NCBI GenBank assembly: GCA_043228905.1
Contig: JBHGNT010000004.1
Location: 13,454,001 to 13,518,000, forward strand
DNA length: 64,000 nt
Direction: 5' to 3'
Origin: Azolla caroliniana
Taxonomy: Eukaryota > Plantae > Polypodiophyta
The notes under the pieces were generated by a model. It did not search any database. It was given only the letters and a program-made list of their open reading frames with translations, and had not been told where the DNA came from. Every line of letters starts with the position of its first letter. The stretch's first letter is position 1. Of the stretch, positions 10,960-22,200 are shown in pieces. The translations under genes were made by a program, and so were the position numbers.

Positions 10960-13900
10960 ATGAACAAGGGAAAGAAAATCGTCAGGTTAGTAATATTCAT
11001 TACATTTTTTTAGATTCCTAAAGATTCCTTAAAGATTCCTTTCCTCAACACATAGAAATTTTATTTTATTTTGTACAACGAACTTGGAAAGCAATTCTGA
11101 AAGCCAGGACCTTCAACCGAAATCCGATGCAGTGCATCGGATTTTGGTTGAAAGTCCTGCCTTCAACCAAAATCCGATGCACTACATCGGATTTTGGTTG
11201 AAAAATATGCTGTTTTTGCGATAAAAAACTATCGCATGGGACCATAAAATTGACGTAATTTATATGATAATTTGCGTGATTTAGATGAAATTGTACGTTG
11301 TTTCTATGTTTTCACCAACGTTTTTAATTTCAGTGAACCCAGACAAAAAGTTCCTTCATTTAGATTGAAGATTCGATCTCCGACAAAACGAGATTTTGGC
11401 TCCTTCATGAAGGACACGAGTAAAAAGAATTTATTTGACTCAACGGGGGAAGGAGGATCCAAGTCATCTTCGGCTACTACCAAATCAACAAAGGTAGTAC
11501 GCAAGAGGAGAAAACGGTTGACGTGAAATATAAGGATTACCCCGAACTTGAATGGTGTCTCTCTTATGTCGAGGAGGATGGGGTGCTGTTATTGATAACG
11601 GCAAAATCGGACGAGGAAGGGAAACTTTAGCTTGGAAAAACATTTAATTACGGGCATGTAACCAAGCTAGAGTACGAAGACATTGATTCTACATGTATTT
11701 TAATCTCGAGCTCAGTTGGCGATAGGCGATTGCGACTTGATGAGGGAAACCTAGTACCCGAATCTTGCAATCCCAAGGCTTTGCGTAAAGACCTGCAAAC
11801 GAAAAATAACTTGTTGGTAGCTCTTCAGCCGTACGTGACAGGAGAGATGATGACCGGTGAAGCAGAAACTTCACCGAAAAAGTCTAGGAAGACAAGTCCC
11901 GTTCAAAAGAAATATACTAAACGACCACGACCCGAAGAAGAAGAAGAAGAAATATTAGAGTTCGTGGAAGAAGAAGACGACCAACAAGTCGACGTCGTGG
12001 CTCCAGGCGGACAACTATCTTCTGGTGTCCTGACGTCAGAACAAAATAAAATAAGAGAAAATATTGTGAAGACTAAACTTGTGTGCAGGGGCCAGCTATT
12101 TCATTTGCCCATTACTTCTATCCAAAGGCCCCCCATTGACCCCGTGACTGGAAGACGTCCCTTGGAAATTAGGGAGCCGCACTCCGTCCATGTCCAAAAC
12201 CTGAAAAGCAAAATGAAAATCAATCCTCACGCTATTGTGGTGCCATTTTTGGTAATGGTTGATCAAGAACAATGCCCAACAGTAGCAGATTTCAAGTATA
12301 GCTCTGCAGACGATTACACATACTATGTAATCGGAGGATCACATTTGGCCGAAGCTCGACGACAGCTTGTCAAAGAATATCCTCTCACGCCGTTCTTCAA
12401 ATACGCCGAATGTAAGGTATATGCAGGACTAACTCACGAGGAGGCGAAGTTGCTCGCATGGGACCATAACAATGACAACGATTATAGGCAAAATATGTCA
12501 TGTATAGAGAGGATAAGATTTTTTCATCATGAATACCTCGATGCCTTGAATCGTTTTGGTCCAAGATTGTGGCCTGGATTGTGACGCCAGTGTTTATTGG
12601 AAGTAGGGATTGCAGTGGATGAGAGTACGAAATCCGAAGGCCTCCGAAAATATGATTCTTGGTTTCAACTAGCTTTTCGGACCGGAGAGGTGTGGGATCT
12701 CCAAGACAAAATATTCTCTATGTGGGAGCGGAAAGAAGTCAAGGGGCAAAGATAAAAAAAGGGAAGAATTGATCCACAAGTTGAGATGAAATCAAAGACC
12801 AAGGGAAAAAGCGACTTGGTAATCGAGGAGTTACCAGAGGACATGAAACTTTTACCTTGGAGATCATTACAAGGTATCAAAGATGATAGATTGTTAATAT
12901 CCGTGCTATCTCGAGTGGTCGCCAAGGAATTTAGTTTGGACGAGATGGTAACAGACTTGCAAAAGTAAGTGTTTATAGTATACCTTTTCATGAAAGTCTT
13001 CAATTATTTTGAATATCTTATTTCTAATTTCATATTGATTGTGTAGTCACAAGGTATACATGAAGATTCAGGAGTTGATGATGCAAAAACTGAGTTTACC
13101 GACATGGGAAGAAGTTGAACAAGCCTGCCCGATAACTTCTTCCTACAAGGCATTGGAGGAATATTTTATTGTATTTAGAGAATGGGTATGTGTCTTTTGA
13201 ATGTTGATATGTTAGAAAGTAATGTTCCCTGCGAACAACAATGACACTTGCAGAAACCATCAAAATCGAAAAAGAACAACGACAATAATGACGGTATTCC
13301 AGCGGCCTTCATCACGCACTTAGAACGTGCAAAATATGAGAAGAGAATGACCAAAGGGAAGGAAATGGAACTACCCGAGGATTTAGAGACTGTAAAGAGT
13401 TTTTTGCATAGGTCCGATCCTTTCAAACAGCTTCATTATAGTGTTTTCAATGGCGAAGTATCCCAGATGCTCGAACTGTTACCGAGAAGGCACTACACTT
13501 TGCTGATAGCTGACATACCATATGGTTTCCGTATTGCGGGATCAACATATGATGATGTGCCTTTCAAGTACCCTCAGATCGAGAAAATGGTAAAGGATTT
13601 CGCAGAACTGACATTGGCCCCCTTGTGGAGGATAGTCATATTTCATAGCATGGGGCAATCACTGTCAGTCACAACAGCTTTGAAGTCCCGTTGTCATGCC
13701 ACTGAACACATGCATTGGTGCGTTATAGTTCGCTTTTACTCATTACAGTACTTCTTATTATATGTACACATTTACACCTCTAATACTTGATTTTCTTTCT
13801 CTATAGGATCAAAACAAATATTACACATAGCCTTGGCGATCGAATGGTTAGTGCGGTCGAACATTTTTGTGTGGGCTACTATGATTCAATTACAAAGAAG

Positions 13901-14536
13901 AAGGCTAGAGCACATGTCAATGAGCGTAACGTGGTTAACTACATCATGTGCCCAGCCGTAACCAAAAAATTAAGACATGTGTTAGGGGATAAAAGTATGG
14001 TGAACCCTTATCAAAAACCTCAAAGATTGATCAACCGCCTCATAGAGCTCTTCTCGAATCCAGATGATTGGGTCCTAGACTTGTTCTCTGGCACAGGTAT
14101 AATATATATATTTAATTTCAATCTTGTCTATCAAGTTTAAGATGTTACTTCTTATATATACTTGTTTGTGTTCATGCGACCATTAGGTACAACGACAGGT
14201 TGTGCATTGAAGATGTTTAGAAACTGTGTTGCATTGGAGAAGGACCCTGCTCAAGTTAACTTCATCAAAATGAGGATCACAGGAATCTGGGACTGTCCAG
14301 ATCAGGATCAAGAAGTCGGAGCAAAACACATCAACGAGACAGAGATGTTCCAGATGACTTCACGAGAACTAATGGAACCAATTGATGAAGAAGCAAGGGA
14401 GCTGGTGGACCTGGAAGATGTATCACAGTTTGACCATACATCAGATTCGGGAGAGCTTGGAGATGACACGAATGAAAACAGTCTAGAACAATCAGCGCCA
14501 GAGGAGCCTGCTCTGCCTGATTTGCTTATAGATTGA
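10960..14536 (+). pseudogene. Spliced ParB/Srx-like plus beta-class N6A/N4C DNA methyltransferase fusion (MTase exons open; nonsense codons upstream)
   Basis: Predicted exons 10960-10985, 11334-12964, 13047-13185, 13254-13717, 13807-14096 and 14187-14536, joined by phase-compatible GT-AG introns. Motifs: LLIADIPY (IV), W|IK, NPYQKPQRLINRLIELFSNPDDWVLDLFSGTG|TT (X-I), RNCVALEKD. ParB-like segment VIGGSHLAEARRQL. In-frame TGA at 12582 and TAA at 12753. Confidence 0.85.
11105..11202. repeat. Two tandem palindromes in intron 1 of the cargo gene
   Basis: 11105-11159 has 27-bp arms with 2 mismatches; 11162-11202 has perfect 18-bp arms TTCAACCAAAATCCGATG / CATCGGATTTTGGTTGAA. Confidence 0.9.
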
Positions 14537-15266
14537 TGTAGATGGCGTAATGTAAAAATTGAGGATTTTGAGGCATAATGTTCACCATCACTTCATATTA
14601 TATTTGTATATGAGAACATCTGTAATTGTTTATCGTTTAATTAAATTCACCTGTTCATAATTTCCCTTTTAAATCATTATTGGAACCGTTGTTTGTATTT
14701 ACATATAATTGGTCACCATGCTCTTCTTCAGTTTGAGATATTAACATGATATTGTAATTTCTCATTTCCGTTAGCATGACTGTATATGAAAAGGTGAATG
14801 TTTTTGATAATAAGAGGTTTTTAGTTACCTACGGTTCAAGTCTACTGGTTCCACATAGTATAAATGAATGTCGTACGTAATTGTTACTCTTACCAATTAC
14901 ATTGTCATGAACTATATGACATTATACAATGAAACTATCGATATACCCGTCCAACAAGTCGGGTACTACTTTATTCCTAAACCCAAAACCACATATTTAT
15001 AATTACGGTTTATGTAGTTTTACTCTACAATTTGAATATGGATACCAATTTTAGAACTTTATATTGAACCAAGTCTTCAATTGTGCTCCATGATATGCAA
15101 ATTGACACGAATGTGGACACATATACAATTTAGTAATTGCTAGGTTTTTTTGGTTCTATATTTAACCATCAAGTCGCAAAAGGGGTACGCATGCATCATA
15201 TATTTTCGATATCAGGCTAAAATAGGGTACTTTTCTACATCTGACCAACTATGCCAAAAGAGAATA

Positions 15267-15299
15267 CGACATATTACCTGTTTCAAATGACCCGGTGTT
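15267..15299 (-). repeat. Right TIR of the Sola-like element
   Basis: CGACATATTACCTGTTTCAAATGACCCGGTGTT, the reverse complement of 7663-7695. Confidence 0.97.
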
Positions 15300-16141
15300 T
15301 CTACAAGTTCGGAATGACCAAGTGCAAACCTGTGTCTACCCCTCTCGATCATAACCTAAAGATTGATGCCAATTCCGGAACCGTTGAGAGTGAGCCAACT
15401 CAGTATTGACAACTGATCAGTAGTATGATCTATCTAACCACTACGCGACCCCACCTCAGTTATTCGGTTGGCCTACTTAGGCAATTCATGCAGAATCCGC
15501 GAAACCTTCATCTTGATTGTGCTAAGAGGATACTACGGTATGTCAGTACGACAATGGCTTATGGCATCATGTATAAGTCGAATACGACCATTCGCCTCGA
15601 AGGGTACACCGATGCGGTTTGGGTAGGCTATAAAGCGTATAGACGATCCACCTCCGGATTTGTCTTCTCCCTCGACAGCGAAACAATCTCTTGGAGCAAC
15701 AAGAAACAGCCGACAGTCGCACTGTCGAGCATGGAAGCCGAATATAGGGGCGCAACAGTCGCCGCATGCGAAGCCATATGGCTTAAACGCATATTAAAGG
15801 ATCTGGGCATTCCCATCAAGGATCCAATTCGTCTCTACGGTGACAATATGAGCAGTATCTACTTGGAGCGGAACCCCGTATTTCACGCGCGGACTAAACA
15901 TATCGAAGTACATTACCACTTCATCCGCGAGTGTGTACAGGTCGGCGAGATCGATCTACGACATACCAATACACACCTCCAAGTTGTTGATATATTTACA
16001 AAGGTCTTAGGAGTCGACAAGCTCAGGCAATTTGCATCGGACCTTGGTCTCACGACATCTACATCGCCGAACTTGAGGGGGAGTACAGGTACAGGCGACA
16101 TGGAAGCAATATGCAACGATATGCAACACATATGCAATTGA
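15300..16141 (+). pseudogene. Copia C RT end and RNaseH
   Basis: YTDAVW, SSMEAEY and KHIEVHYHFIRE; continues the RT interrupted at 7662. Confidence 0.9.
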
Positions 16142-16235
16142 TCGAGTACGCAAGTACGCAACACAACCGACTAGACAAGTCGAAGTACAAACTGTACAAC
16201 CTTCTCGACAAATAGAAGTTGTGTTTGAAGGGGTG

Positions 16236-16439
16236 TGTTGAGAGTCGAACTCAACTTCCCATAGATAGGTTTCACACTAGCTCATGGACATGTTGGGCTA
16301 GTTTTGTAAATAGTAGAAGGGGCACTTGCCCTAGCTTAGTTGGTATATAAACCAACACATTGTAACTTAGTTGTAGTTGGATGTTTTATGTTTTGATGTA
16401 ATTTTGGTTAATAGACAGTTTGCCTATCTCTGTCGTAAG

Positions 16440-16476
<37 letters not shown>

Positions 16477-16556
16477 TGTCTGTCTATCTTGAGACACACA
16501 CACACACACACTCATCTTCCGCTACATTACAACTCTTGCCTCTTCATTTCTTCAGA
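16236..16556 (+). repeat. 3' LTR of Copia C
   Basis: Follows purine tract GAAGGGG; matches 3851-4170. Confidence 0.95.
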
Positions 16557-16561
16557 ACATC

Positions 16562-17173
16562 ATCCATCTGATTTCTTTCTTCCACTACAAGCATTGAAAC
16601 CAGATTTGGAAAACTTGGGATGCTATCCCTTGTGAGAATAGATGTTTTGAAGCTTTTATATTGAGATCCTAAACCTCTTAAGCATATTTCCACCTTATCA
16701 TCATCTTCTACCTTCACATTGATAAAAGCAAGTGATTCACATATGCTCTTTATTTTCAGAGCATACTCATTCACTGACATCTTACCTTTTTCCAAGGTAT
16801 TTAGCTCAGTCTTCAACTGAAGCTTTCTAGCCTTTGTGTTCATTGCAAATAGTTTTACTAAACCGTCACAAGCTTCTTTTGGAAGCATAGCATCCTGTAT
16901 GTGTCCAAGCATCGAGTCTGAGATGCTAAGTGAGAGCTAATGCAATACCTTTCTTGCCCCTTGATTCCATTCCTTAAATGCTTTAATCTGTGCAACAATT
17001 GCATTTTCCTCAGGGATCTCAAGAGCCTCTTCTAGGTCTCCTCCAATGTAATCCCAATATCCTTTTCCCATTAGGAAATTTGTCATTTGGAATTTCCACG
17101 CCGAGAAATTGTTTTTATCCAACTTTTCTGTGACTATTTGGCTTCCATTTTCTGTAGCCATTTTCTCTTTCAA
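16562..17173 (-). pseudogene. Copia B gag N-terminus
   Basis: EKLDKNNFSAWKFQM...ARKLQLKTELN; homologous to the gag of C, D and I. Confidence 0.85.
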
Positions 17174-17299
17174 AGTAGGGTTTTCGCTACAATTACTTCA
17201 ACAAAGAACTCTCTGATTCAGATTTGCAAACAGAGAAACAACCTTTCTCAGATCTGTACTATTCTAATATTTTTTATGAGCAACTCTGCTCTGATACCA

Positions 17300-17678
17300 T
17301 GTTACGAAGGCTCTTCTGTGTGCACACCGGATTGTGATGTGTTGGATTGTTTAGTGCTCAAGACAGAAAAGAAGGGGAAGGAGACTTACCTTTGTACAGT
17401 CCAAAACCTTCTACTTCATTACACGCAGAGCTCAACTGGCTGTCCTTTGTTTTCTGTTCTTTCTGTTCTTACAACTCTCTACTCTCACTCTTACTTTTCT
17501 ACTTACTACACTTACTTTTTACCTAAGTACATAAGTGACTTATATATGCAGCTAATTAGCTGTCTGTAGCTAAATAGATGTCAGTAGCTAAATAGTTGTA
17601 CATAGCTAAATAGTTGTTTCACCGTTATGTCCACTAGTAGCTAATTAGCTTATAGCTACTATAGCTTATTTCTCAATA
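17300..17678 (-). repeat. 5' LTR of Copia B (outer end uncertain)
   Basis: Adjacent to the PBS; AGCTAAATAG short repeats; ends at TCTCAATA (degenerate TGTTGAGA) or possibly at TCTCAACA 17714. Confidence 0.65.
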
Positions 17679-17734
17679 AGCATCACATACCTTTGTTGAG
17701 CTTGCTTCTCAACAAAGCAATGGGTGTTGGGTGA

Positions 17735-19283
17735 TGTTGAGAGTCAAACCCAACTTCCCTAATGTAATGGCTTTCACACTGGCAATTGACACTCTAGGTT
17801 TAGGCTAGTTTTGTAAATAGTAGAAAGGGCAATTGCCCTAAGTTAGTTGGTATTTAAATCAACTCTTTTGTAACCTAGTTACTGTTGGATGTATTTTTGG
17901 TTGTAGCTATTTTTCTTGCTAATGCAACTTCTTCTTCTCTGTCTCTAAGTTCTCTCTCTCTCTCTTTGTTTGTCTTACACACACACACACACACGCACGC
18001 ACGCACACACACACACACACACATAGTTTCCTTCTGCTACACGAGATCACCTACACTCTCCATTTCTTTACATGGTACCAGAGCGTCTAGTAGTTTGATA
18101 AAACCTCGCTTGACTATGTTGTGTCATATGTCGATGATCAAACAAAACCAACTCAACAATAGCGAAGAAAAATGACACCATGAACACTCAGATGGGAAGC
18201 GCTCTTCCTACTGAGAAACTCGACAACTCGAACTTTGAATCTTGAGAATACAAGATGCACCAATACCTTGTTGGCCAAGGCTATTGGAGTTACATTGAAG
18301 GTGATCAAGAAAATTATCCCAACCCGGCACATGCAGACTACCCAACATGTGACCAAGTGGCGAGTCGCGTGTTGTACTGCATAACATCATGCGCCATGAT
18401 CACATGCTTGACTACATTCAAGAGGCAAAAACGCCGAAAGAAGCTTGGGGCAACCTCAAGAACATGTTTGCAACCAATACGGCCACACGCAAGCTTCAAC
18501 TCTCTCAGGAGTTGAACAATATTCAGCAAAGGGATATATGTCGATCACCAACTACATCTTGAAGATCAAGGAGTTTTGTGACACCCTCAAATCATTTAAC
18601 GTCAGCATCAACGATGATGAAATGGTGCAAATAGGCCTTGGCGGCTTAACAGCATGATTCAACACGATCAGATTGGCCATCCTTGTAAGGGAGAATCCTC
18701 CCTCCTTTTTCAACCTTCAATTGATACTGCAGGTTGAAGAAAATCATGTTCGACCAAGGAGCAATGCGCTAGATGGTTAGATGCTCTACTCCCAATTAGA
18801 CTAGGGAAGAGGATTCGGCTAAGGAAACAAAAGCCAAGTCGAATGAGGCCAACATGGTCGGCCGACCCAAGAGGCGACTCCCATTATTGGCAAGAGGCCA
18901 GGAACACACCAAGGGAGCTTGGTAGAAGGGGGAGCCATCATGCCAGATCAATTTGCGAAAACAACTCGATCGAATGCAAGTACTATGGAAAATTCGGCCA
19001 CTATGAAGAGGAGTTTTGAAAGAAGAAACGAGAGTCGGCTTCGACCAACGGATAACTCACAAACTATGCTACGAATTCCGACTATGACGACCATGGTGGA
19101 ATGTTCGTAATGAGGCATAATGCACACTTAATGTCAGCACTGAGTCTGACCATCATCTCTACTTTAGACAATGTATGGTTTGTCAACTCTAGAGGATCTA
19201 ATCATATGACGTCTCATGAATGTTGGTTCTGAGAGTCGCAAAAGCCCAATCAACCTGACTATGTCGAAATTGGGGACAACACA
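17735..19283 (+). mobile_element. Ty1/Copia element D (same family as C): 5' LTR 17735-18072, PBS and degenerate gag-protease; interrupted by E, remainder not found
   Basis: LTR similar to the C LTRs; PBS TGGTACCAGAGC 18073-18084; gag GQGYWSYIEG. Confidence 0.85.
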
Positions 19284-22200
19284 TGTTAGCCGGTTGGCTA
19301 GTTGAAGTGTAAAGGTAGACAGAGTAGTCGAAGTCGGATCAAGAGTGAAAGGAAGTAGTTGATAGTGTATTTTTGCCAAGTAGAATATAGAGTAATTAGC
19401 AAAATAGAACAATTAGTGTAACTATAGGTTCTTGCCGAAGAAGCAAGGGTATTGTCTTGGAAAAGTATCTCAGGTCGCCTACAAAAAGGGGCCAAGAACA
19501 TTGTATCAAATCGGTCTGTTTTGGTTTATTAATATAATTTTGGTAGTTAGAGTACTTACTGCGTGGGATGTTCTGATTTGTTTTTTCTATTACATAGATT
19601 ATATTTATAAATATCAGTCGATCAAGATCTTATGTTATAATCTTATTAATTAAGTTCTAAGTAAACGTTGTTTACATAAAGTTTTGAGTACGTAAGTGGT
19701 AGGGTCAACAACCATCGTATCTACAACCACAATCTTCTAACAGAACGTCTTAGTGATTAAGATGTTGGACTCATTGTGTTTGTTGATAGAGACAACACAA
19801 CAATTTGGCATGCCTAGTTACATTTGTTACGAACAGAGAACAAGGAGAATGGATGCCGCCCAATCGGCCTAGTACAGACTAGTTTGCGGGAAGCAGAAGA
19901 CCACACACGAGATCGGAGAGCCGATATGCTAAACAAGGTAATTTGACTAATTTGGATTTTGTGGAACAAATTCAATAGGAAGCTAAAGAGGGATTAAGAG
20001 AGATTCCCGAATTATACACCAACAGTAGTTCGGATGAGGAGTCGTCCGATAAGTACAGTTACTTCACAAACTTAGTGAAAGTTTTTGAAGAGGATACAAT
20101 GCCGTATCCCTATTCCAAGTACAATGATGAGGCCGACACGTAAGAGCACATATACGCTTTCCTTACGACATGGCAAGCTAACCATGTATCCCAAAGATTG
20201 TCGGAGGTAGATGCCGACAAATCCAAGATCGTGGAATTCGGATTGTTACTAGATGGAAAATCAACAAATTGGTAATCACAGCATGAGGAAGGTGAGTTTG
20301 AGTCATTTAAACAATTAACTAGTAAGTTTATCAGGTTATTTCATTAACAAGTGCCGAAAAGGGAACTCATGAATAAGTTCTATGCAGCTTGCCATGAAAT
20401 TCATGACACCGTCCCACAATTTATTATTCGGTTTCAAAACCTTCGGCGACAATTAGCACAATCTCTTCCAGAAGAAGATGTCAAAGACACTTTCTTATCG
20501 GCACTCCGAGAGCTGCTTCAGATGACACTTGCTATGTTCAATTTTAAGGAGCAATCATCAGAACAGGTAATTGACAAGGTGCTCATGCGTGATAAAACCC
20601 AAACAAGTAATAGTATGTCTATGACATTATTATAGAAATTCTTACCAACTTCGGAAGAGTTAAGGTTCCAACAAGCTATTCAATGCACAACTTGTTTGAA
20701 TCTGGCGCATTCTATAATTGAATGCACATTACGCGTGCATTACCCAATCTATCATTCAAAGGCGCATACAATTGATCAATGCGAATATAATCTCGTCAAT
20801 AAGGTCGTGGCTCCAGTTAGACAAATACAACCACATGACAACCATATGGAAGATAGAAATCAACAAAACTGGGTTTGGGATGATCGGCCGAGATATGAGG
20901 ACCGTTATCAGTCGGATCGGAATCGGTGAGATGACTATCAAAGGGATGATCCTTACGATGATTATTAAAGAGACAATTATCGTCAAGATGATTATAGGAG
21001 GGATATTCACCACATATATAACTGTGATTACTCACCAAGACATGATAGAAATGATCAACGATGTCCTTATAAAGGTCATCGACATCACGATGACAACCGG
21101 TTTTATGACCAAAGGAGACATGATGACAATCGACAAGCAAATCATCAATTCAGTAACGAACGTTGAGACAACAATAGGCGACCTAAGGCGTCTCGACAGT
21201 TTCTATATAATTCTAAAACTTGAGACGACCCGGAGTCATAGGATGTTCGAAACTAGTGGACCGAAAGAACCAAATTACTATATCTGCAGAAAATATGGGC
21301 ACTATGCAAATCAATGTCCAACCAAAGAAAAAGGGAAGGCCCCAACGGTAAATATGGTAACCGCAGAGATACAAGAAGTGACGACTAGGAGTAAAGCAAA
21401 ACAATCTGAATGGGACACCCAAGAACCTATTCAAAAAGCCATGTAGGAATGGGTTGAACAAGCAAATAAGTAGAATACTGATTGAATGATGCAAGAGAGT
21501 AGTGAAATAGTCGAAATGATTCCTGTTACCGGTAAGAAGAATGAAGTAACAGAGTCAACAACCAAGCATAATTCCACATGGCAAGTGCTTGCTGATTGTC
21601 AGATAACTTTACCATTGTCTAGGTTACTCAAATTAGTTCCCCGATTTACAAAGACAGTTGCAACAATTCTCACTAAGAAAACGTTGGAATAGGTTGACGT
21701 TAATTTCATCAATCCAGTTAAAGGACCGACAATAATAGATGAGCAAAGGCTGACAATTAAGGTAATCATTCAGGGCCAAGAGATTCCGGGTAGCATAGTG
21801 GATGGTGGCTCAGGAGTGAATGTGATTAATAAAACCACCCATGCTCGACTGGGCATCACAAAATGGCAGGCATGTCCATTTTGGCTACGAATGGCAAATA
21901 CATGCATTGTCCAACCACTAGTGTTAATTCGACAACTCGATATTGTATTTGGCGGACATACCTTCCAAATATTGGTAGTCGTCCTATATTTAGATGCACC
22001 AGGAGCTTACCCTCTATTGTTAGGCAATATCAAACAAAATTGGCAAAAGAATCTTCTTACCTTTTGGAAATGCAAAACAAAAATCAGAGTTTCGAGGAGA
22101 AAGTAATGACAACATGAAAATTTGTGCCTTTATATGCTGAATCCGTCAATATGATGAAGGGGTTGGATGATGGGGAATTGAATTTGTACTTTGATGAAAA

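Larger units (their letters stand above)
7663..15299. mobile_element. Sola-like cut-and-paste DNA transposon (7637 bp) carrying a ParB-methyltransferase cargo gene
   Basis: Perfect 33-bp TIRs and TCTA duplicated at 7659-7662 and 15300-15303. Removing it restores the Copia RT frame (HYVLNLL-YKFGMT). It contains a DDD transposase and a second, spliced gene. Confidence 0.9.
3851..16556 (+). mobile_element. Ty1/Copia element C, full length and degenerate; carries the DNA transposon in RT
   Basis: Paired LTRs 3851-4170 and 16236-16556; PBS TGGTATCAGAGC 4171-4182; TSD ACGTC (3846-3850) / ACATC (16557-16561); gag-PR-IN-RT-RH order. Confidence 0.95.
2578..17678 (-). mobile_element. Ty1/Copia element B (5' part: LTR, PBS, gag, protease, start of integrase), split by C and truncated by A
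   Basis: Minus-strand PBS TGGTATCAGAGC at 17288-17299. Gag (16544-17173) rejoins 3850 in frame across C (NQMDDV-NKGNSETEGQALY). Protease WYVDSRASNH, GAG-pre-integrase MWHKRISH and CEAC lie in 2782-3582. Confidence 0.85.

Noticed and set aside
10960-14536. Bacterial or phage contamination, or a restriction-modification system
   Set aside because: The gene has spliceosomal introns and lies within TIRs nested cleanly in a plant Copia with a TSD; no restriction endonuclease is present.
7663-15299. Classification as CACTA, hAT, Mutator or Harbinger
   Set aside because: The termini are not CACTA, the TSD is not 3, 8 or 9 bp, and the transposase motifs do not match those families. The second gene is not Myb-like or TnpA.
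17693-17717. Short inverted repeat TTTGTTGAG...CTCAACAAA as a terminator or MITE
   Set aside because: It lies between two LTR ends that share TGTTGAG termini and is too short to support an independent feature.
20718-21446. 242-aa Ile/Met/Thr-rich ORF
   Set aside because: It is an off-frame reading of the Asp/Arg/Tyr-rich low-complexity part of Gypsy E gag, joined by a frameshift to its zinc knuckle.
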